From contig JADFDB010000001.1 in assembly GCA_018263175.1 (NCBI GenBank), forward strand, positions 260 to 64,259: 64,000 bases of DNA. Direction: 5' to 3'. The position numbers were made by a program, and so were the translations under genes. Within the stretch, counting starts at the first letter, position 1. Every line of letters starts with the position of its first letter. The notes beneath the pieces are model-generated. The model did no database searches. It saw only the letters and a program-made list of their open reading frames with translations, and was not told where the DNA came from. The DNA comes from Spirochaetota bacterium (GTDB lineage: Bacteria > Spirochaetota > UBA4802 > UBA5368). Of this stretch, positions 59,421-64,000 are shown one piece after another.

Positions 59421-60887
59421 ATGACAATCTCGAGGATGACGGCCGCGTTTCTTCTGTTCACGGTATTTTGTGCCGCACGCCTTTTCGCCGACGACCCCGC
59501 CGAGCTTACGCGCAGGGGGGTTGAGCTCAGCGAGCAGAAAAAATTCGATGAGGCGGTAAAGCAGTTCGACCGTGCCATCGAGATTCAGGACCAGGCATCA
59601 GCCAGGACCTATCACAACAAGGGCTGGGTGCGCGAGCTGAAGGGCGATTATCCCGGAGCGATCAAGAATTATGAAGAGGCGATCCGCCGGAATCCAAAAC
59701 AGCTTCCCTCCTACGAACGGGCGGGATATCTTTACTACAAGGCCGCCGAGTACGACAAGGCCGTGGAGGCCGGAGAGCATGTCATTAAGGCCGATCCGAA
59801 AAACGTCGAGGTGATCAAGTGGCTTCCTGATGCGTACAGGATGAAGCTGTTGAAACAGCAGGAAGAGCTGCTGGCCAAACAGCGCGAGGAGGAGCGAAAG
59901 AAAAAAGAGGAAGAGGAGCGGCGCCGGGCGGCGGAAAAGAAGGACGAGAAAAAGAAAGAGGAGAAGGAGCCGTCGCGCATTCTGTACGCGACATGGGATT
60001 TCACGCTGCGCAGCGCCTATTATTTCGATGGCGGGGACTTCAAATACGTGACGACGACCGGCATTCTGGTGTCACTGCCCAATATGCTCTATGTGAGCGT
60101 CATGCCGACGCCCTCGTGGGAGTTCGACCTCCTGGCCGGAACGCCTCACCTCGGAGCCCTTATGCCCGCGGTCACCGCCTATACCGAGCGCTTTCAGGTT
60201 CTTTATCACATGGACAAATGGTATCTTGGCGTGGGTGTGCTCGGCAGTCACTACAAAGAAGATTTCAATTTTGGGAAGGATCTCACGCTCAACGATCTCA
60301 AGGTGGGAGCGGTCCTGGGCTTCAAGGATGAAAAATCCACGACGAAGATAACCGCCTATCCCCGCTATCTGCCCCAGGACACCTCTCATTCGAAGGGTCG
60401 TTCGCTCGACGTGGGCTTTTTCGAGTTCAGCTACCGTTACGATGTCGATAAGTATCTCGGTTATTATTCCAGGATCTCGGCCGCGGATTACTACTTTTTC
60501 GACCACCGGAACAGGGTTTCCAATTATTACGGCGTCTACGAGTTGAGCCTCGGGCTCGTACTCGGAAAGTATGATGAGGCCACGCGCCAGAAGTTTCTTA
60601 CCTTTACGATCGATCTTACCGAGCGCTTTTACCTGCTCGATCTTGCGAACGATGAGCCGTACCGCTTCGCCAACGGACAGGGATACTTCGGGGCCGATTC
60701 CCGCACCTGGTTCAAGGGGGACGCCTTCCCCGGGTACTACACCAGCGGACATGTCTTTTCGGTAAAGGCGGAGGAAAGGATCAACCGCTACTTCTTCATA
60801 TATCAGAAGATCGGTTTCGAGTTGACGGGCGGCAAGGGCGACCGTAACGAGTTTTTCCTGCAGCTCGGCGGCGGCGCGGTCTATTGA
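59421..60887 (+). CDS. secreted protein: N-terminal TPR repeats, Lys/Glu-rich coiled linker, C-terminal beta-barrel-like domain
   Basis: Signal peptide MTISRMTAAFLLFTVFCAARLFA. TPR units. Charged linker KQREEERKKKEEEERRRAAEKKDEKKKEEKE. C-terminal half with alternating aromatic/hydrophobic residues ending ...GGGAVY (aromatic terminal residue as in OM beta-barrels). Confidence 0.5.
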   Translation: MTISRMTAAFLLFTVFCAARLFADDPAELTRRGVELSEQKKFDEAVKQFDRAIEIQDQASARTYHNKGWVRELKGDYPGAIKNYEEAIRRNPKQLPSYERAGYLYYKAAEYDKAVEAGEHVIKADPKNVEVIKWLPDAYRMKLLKQQEELLAKQREEERKKKEEEERRRAAEKKDEKKKEEKEPSRILYATWDFTLRSAYYFDGGDFKYVTTTGILVSLPNMLYVSVMPTPSWEFDLLAGTPHLGALMPAVTAYTERFQVLYHMDKWYLGVGVLGSHYKEDFNFGKDLTLNDLKVGAVLGFKDEKSTTKITAYPRYLPQDTSHSKGRSLDVGFFEFSYRYDVDKYLGYYSRISAADYYFFDHRNRVSNYYGVYELSLGLVLGKYDEATRQKFLTFTIDLTERFYLLDLANDEPYRFANGQGYFGADSRTWFKGDAFPGYYTSGHVFSVKAEERINRYFFIYQKIGFELTGGKGDRNEFFLQLGGGAVY

Positions 60888-61678
60888 TGAACGAACGGAT
60901 GGCGATCTTCGAGTTTGCCCGTGAGCTTGCGCTCGAGGCGGGGGAGATTTTATTAAAGGGCTTTCGCTCTCCCGGATTGGCCGTATCATATAAAGGAGTT
61001 TCGAATCCTGTCACTAATGTTGACCGTGAGTCCGAAGACTTCCTGTATGGAAGGATTCGCGACCGCTATCCAGGCCACGGCATCGTGGCTGAAGAAGGGC
61101 ACCGTGTCGAGGAACGAGGCGATTATCTCTGGTACGTCGATCCGCTCGACGGCACGACGAACTTCGCGCACGGCGTCGCCCATTTTTCGGTATCGATCGG
61201 CGTGTTCTCGAAAAGCGAAAACCGCGTCGTCGCGGGCGTCGTGTACGATCCGTGCAGGGGCGAACTATTCAGCGCGTTCGCCGGAGGCGGGGCCTTTCTC
61301 GACGGAGAGGGAATCCGTGTCTCTGCATCCGCCGACCTCTCCCGCTCGCTGGTCGCGACGGGATTTCCCTACGACAAGAATGTTTCGAAAGATAACAACC
61401 TTGCCCAGTTCAGCCGAATCCTTCCGCGTGTTCAGTGCGTGCGGCGCTTCGGCTCGGCGGCACTTGACCTCTGTTATGTGGCCGCGGGCCGCTTCGACGC
61501 CTACTGGGAGATGAAGGTGAGTCCCTGGGACATCGCCGCGGGATGTCTCATCGCGGAGGAGGCCGGCGGGGTTGTTACAAAGTTCGATGGAACGCCGTAC
61601 GATATCGTGGTGCCCGAGGTGCTCGCGGCCAGTTCGAAACTGCATACGCTTTTACTCGGCCTTCTCTCGGCCGAATAA
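60884..61678 (+). CDS. inositol monophosphatase family protein (SuhB-like)
   Basis: WYVDPLDGTTNF metal-binding motif. 264 aa. ATGA overlap with the upstream gene. Confidence 0.8.
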   Translation: MMNERMAIFEFARELALEAGEILLKGFRSPGLAVSYKGVSNPVTNVDRESEDFLYGRIRDRYPGHGIVAEEGHRVEERGDYLWYVDPLDGTTNFAHGVAHFSVSIGVFSKSENRVVAGVVYDPCRGELFSAFAGGGAFLDGEGIRVSASADLSRSLVATGFPYDKNVSKDNNLAQFSRILPRVQCVRRFGSAALDLCYVAAGRFDAYWEMKVSPWDIAAGCLIAEEAGGVVTKFDGTPYDIVVPEVLAASSKLHTLLLGLLSAE

Positions 61679-61794
61679 CGTCTGCCGGTTAAGCATTTTT
61701 ATGATTTCCGATAATTCGCAAAAATACCCGCTCCCAAAGAGATAACGGAGTGCGTTGTCCGTTATGGTACGCGCTATAATCGGAGGCTGTTAGC

Positions 61795-62841
61795 ATGACT
61801 GAAGAGATCAAAGCCATCGCCGGGTCCCTTGGATGCGAAATGAGTGACGCGAACACGATGAGCGGCCTGATTGACGGTATCCGCTTCACCGCGGTGTATC
61901 GCGCGCAGTACAAAAACAAACCGGAGTCATTTACGGTAGCGGTTCCCGTACGGAATACGGCCACGTTCAGCCTGCGGAAGGAAGCCGGTGCGGACAGGTT
62001 CTTTAAAAGAATCCGTATCGTTGAGGAACTCGCCACGGGGGACGCCGGGTTCGACAGGGATTATTATATAGACACCTATCACACCACATTCACCAAACGG
62101 TATTTTCTGGATGGCATGAGACGTGAAGCGGTGCGCGCGCTGTTTGCACTGCGGCCGGAGATGAGCACCGTATCACTGGAGGAGGGGAAGCTTTCCATTA
62201 CGATGAGCCCCTGTCCGCCTGCGTCATTGACCGCAGCACAGATATCCGGGATTGTCGCTCGTGCGGCGGAACTTACGCATAATGCCGATTCCCTGCCGCA
62301 GGGAGAGGAGGGGCATGGACGGACCATAGACCGCTTCCTTATCGCCGCAACCGCCATCCTGGCCGGTCTGGGTTTTTCCGCGCTTTGTGCGAGCCTCATC
62401 ATGTATGCAACGGACGATATGTCCATTGCCGGAAGGGGTGCGCTCATCGGATGCGCTGTTTTCGTCGCATTCATGCTGGTCGCCGTTTTCGCCGCACGGG
62501 GCAGGTCTTCGTCCCCCCGTGTGCTCACGATAACGTTCTTCTGCGGCCTGTTCGGCTTTCCGTCCGCCGGTGCCGCCATACCGCTGCTCGTCAACAGCCT
62601 TGCGGACGCAAAACCTCCCGTGGAATACGTGCTGAAGGTGGTGGGGACGTCGAAATCAACCGGGAAAAGCACCTCGTATTATGTGAACACCGCACACTGG
62701 AAGGACAGTGGCCGGCAGACCCAGCTTCGCGTAAGCGCCGATACCTACCGCACTACCCGCCAGGGAGATATGGTCCGTATGCTCGTAAAGCCGGGCGCCC
62801 TTGGATATGAATGGCTGGAGTCGTATGAAATAATCAGATAG
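61795..62841 (+). CDS. hypothetical membrane protein
   Basis: Soluble N-terminal half followed by 3-4 TM helices (IAATAILAGLGFSALCASLIMY, ALIGCAVFVAFMLVAVFAA, ITFFCGLFGFPSAGAAIPLLV). Confidence 0.45.
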   Translation: MTEEIKAIAGSLGCEMSDANTMSGLIDGIRFTAVYRAQYKNKPESFTVAVPVRNTATFSLRKEAGADRFFKRIRIVEELATGDAGFDRDYYIDTYHTTFTKRYFLDGMRREAVRALFALRPEMSTVSLEEGKLSITMSPCPPASLTAAQISGIVARAAELTHNADSLPQGEEGHGRTIDRFLIAATAILAGLGFSALCASLIMYATDDMSIAGRGALIGCAVFVAFMLVAVFAARGRSSSPRVLTITFFCGLFGFPSAGAAIPLLVNSLADAKPPVEYVLKVVGTSKSTGKSTSYYVNTAHWKDSGRQTQLRVSADTYRTTRQGDMVRMLVKPGALGYEWLESYEIIR

Positions 62842-63084
62842 AGAGCCGCCCTGCGGGAGTGGTGCTTCCATTGGTGATCCTTGTTCGTTACAGGGGCCAA
62901 GATCGGAACAGAAGGTACGCTCCCGTATAGTTGAAGGCTTTCTCTTAAGTCCATGATGTCGTCACTCCGACGACCGCACTTTCGATTATCATCTCCAGTT
63001 TTGAATAAACAGCATTTTACATGATGTCGTCATTTCTGCGTATCAATTTTTTCCCCGACCGTTCCCGCCGGGACCCTTTTGGGC

Positions 63085-63114
63085 TTGACTGATAATGTCA
63101 TATTGTCATACAAT
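63085..63114 (+). promoter_or_regulatory. sigma70-like promoter (TTGACT-18-TACAAT) followed by a 12-bp perfect palindrome
   Basis: TTGACT at 63085-63090, TACAAT at 63109-63114. ACATTGCAATGT at 63123-63134 immediately downstream. Confidence 0.45.
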
Positions 63115-63283
63115 CTTTATGTACATTGCAATGTGTTATGTCTTTGGCATTGATCCGTCCTTCGGCGGTCGCCGCTCACGGTTCACCGACCGAGGGCATA
63201 TAAAATCAAATGATGATGCATGCTCTGTTCCATCCGCCTCTCGCCGGGATGGTCAGCCCTGTGTGCATCCGGAGGCGCGGGCA

Positions 63284-64000
63284 ATGAGTACGGAAAAAGC
63301 GCGGCGTGTCGCCGTAATCGACGTACGCAGGACGCCGTTTCTGCGCTCGGGAACCGGGTACTACGACCTCATGGCGTGGGAGCTCGGCAGGTTCGCGGTC
63401 AAGGGGCTGGTCGCGGCGACGGGGATCGATCAGGCGGAGATTGACCAGGTGATAATGGGAACGGTCGCAACCGACGTGTCGACGACCAATGTAGCCCGGG
63501 AAATCATGCTGGGCGCCGGGCTTCCGGAGAGCATTCCGGCATATACCGTCACGGTCGCCTGCGTTTCGGCGAACGCGGCGATAAGCGCCGGAGCGGATAT
63601 GATCGCGAACGGAAACGCCGACGTCGTGATAGCGGGTGGCACTGAGAGCTTCTCGGACCCCGACATCAAGGTTTCAAAGCGCTACCGCCGGTTTATCCTC
63701 GACCTCACGATGTACCGAAGGCCGAAGACGCTGATGGGGAAGCTCGGTCTATTGAAGGGGATGAGAGCGCTGGATTTTATCGTCCCCCAGCGGCCGGCGA
63801 TCGGCGAGTATTCGACGGGCCTTTCGATGGGCCACAATGCCGACCGGCTCGCGAAGAGGCTTGGGATCCCGCGCGACGAGCAGGACCGTTATGCCGAATT
63901 CTCGCACACGCAGGCAATCGCGGCGATCGCCTCCGGCGTTTTGAAAAATGAGATCACCCCGGTGGTTGTCCAGGGGAGCGACCGGGCGATTACGACCGAC
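63284..64000 (+). CDS. thiolase-family acetyl-CoA C-acyltransferase (FadI/FadA-like), N-terminal part (continues beyond window)
   Basis: ATG 63284 with ggagg RBS. MSTEKARRVAVIDVRRTPF... VTVACVSANAAI (thiolase nucleophile-Cys region). ..VIAGGTESFS.. No stop before the window end. Confidence 0.6.
   Translation, partial: MSTEKARRVAVIDVRRTPFLRSGTGYYDLMAWELGRFAVKGLVAATGIDQAEIDQVIMGTVATDVSTTNVAREIMLGAGLPESIPAYTVTVACVSANAAISAGADMIANGNADVVIAGGTESFSDPDIKVSKRYRRFILDLTMYRRPKTLMGKLGLLKGMRALDFIVPQRPAIGEYSTGLSMGHNADRLAKRLGIPRDEQDRYAEFSHTQAIAAIASGVLKNEITPVVVQGSDRAITTD

Noticed and set aside
59170-59427. 85-aa minus-strand ORF in the 409-bp intergenic region
   Set aside because: No RBS, no recognisable features, and it runs antisense to the surrounding co-directional genes. 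More likely non-coding.

Overview
Bacterial chromosomal segment of about 60% GC (a spirochaete-like or deltaproteobacterium-like MAG by gene content; taxonomy not determinable from sequence alone) that spans the replication origin. The origin block is dnaA-dnaN-recF-DUF721(DciA-like)-DUF370(RemB-like)-gyrB-gyrA (41.3-50.4 kb). DnaA-box clusters and AT-rich stretches sit in both intergenic regions flanking dnaA, so oriC looks bipartite. mnmG-rsmG lie about 10 kb upstream. Other recognisable content: leuS (partial); a ClC chloride channel translationally coupled to an EIIA(Ntr)-like protein; an M23 peptidase; cutA; a sulfur-trafficking cluster (cysteine desulfurase-DUF3343-TusA-YeeE/YedE); a TetR-TolC-MFP-RND efflux operon followed by a PII-like protein and a tiny Lys-rich CXXCH protein; purD; a VWA-TM-FHA signalling protein; mogA/moaB; hypA; a solitary N6-adenine DNA methyltransferase; a macro-domain protein; pyrF; a REC-GGDEF protein with a degenerate EAL-like C-terminus; a B12-binding radical SAM enzyme; a SPOR protein; coaE; a DUF115/Maf-like protein; an OmpA/TolB-like protein; hisD; an IMPase-family protein; and a partial thiolase. 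No rRNA, tRNA, CRISPR array or obvious transposon was found. Many long antisense ORFs in the six-frame track are high-GC artefacts. Gene calls rest on motif-level reading of the translations; none is database-verified.
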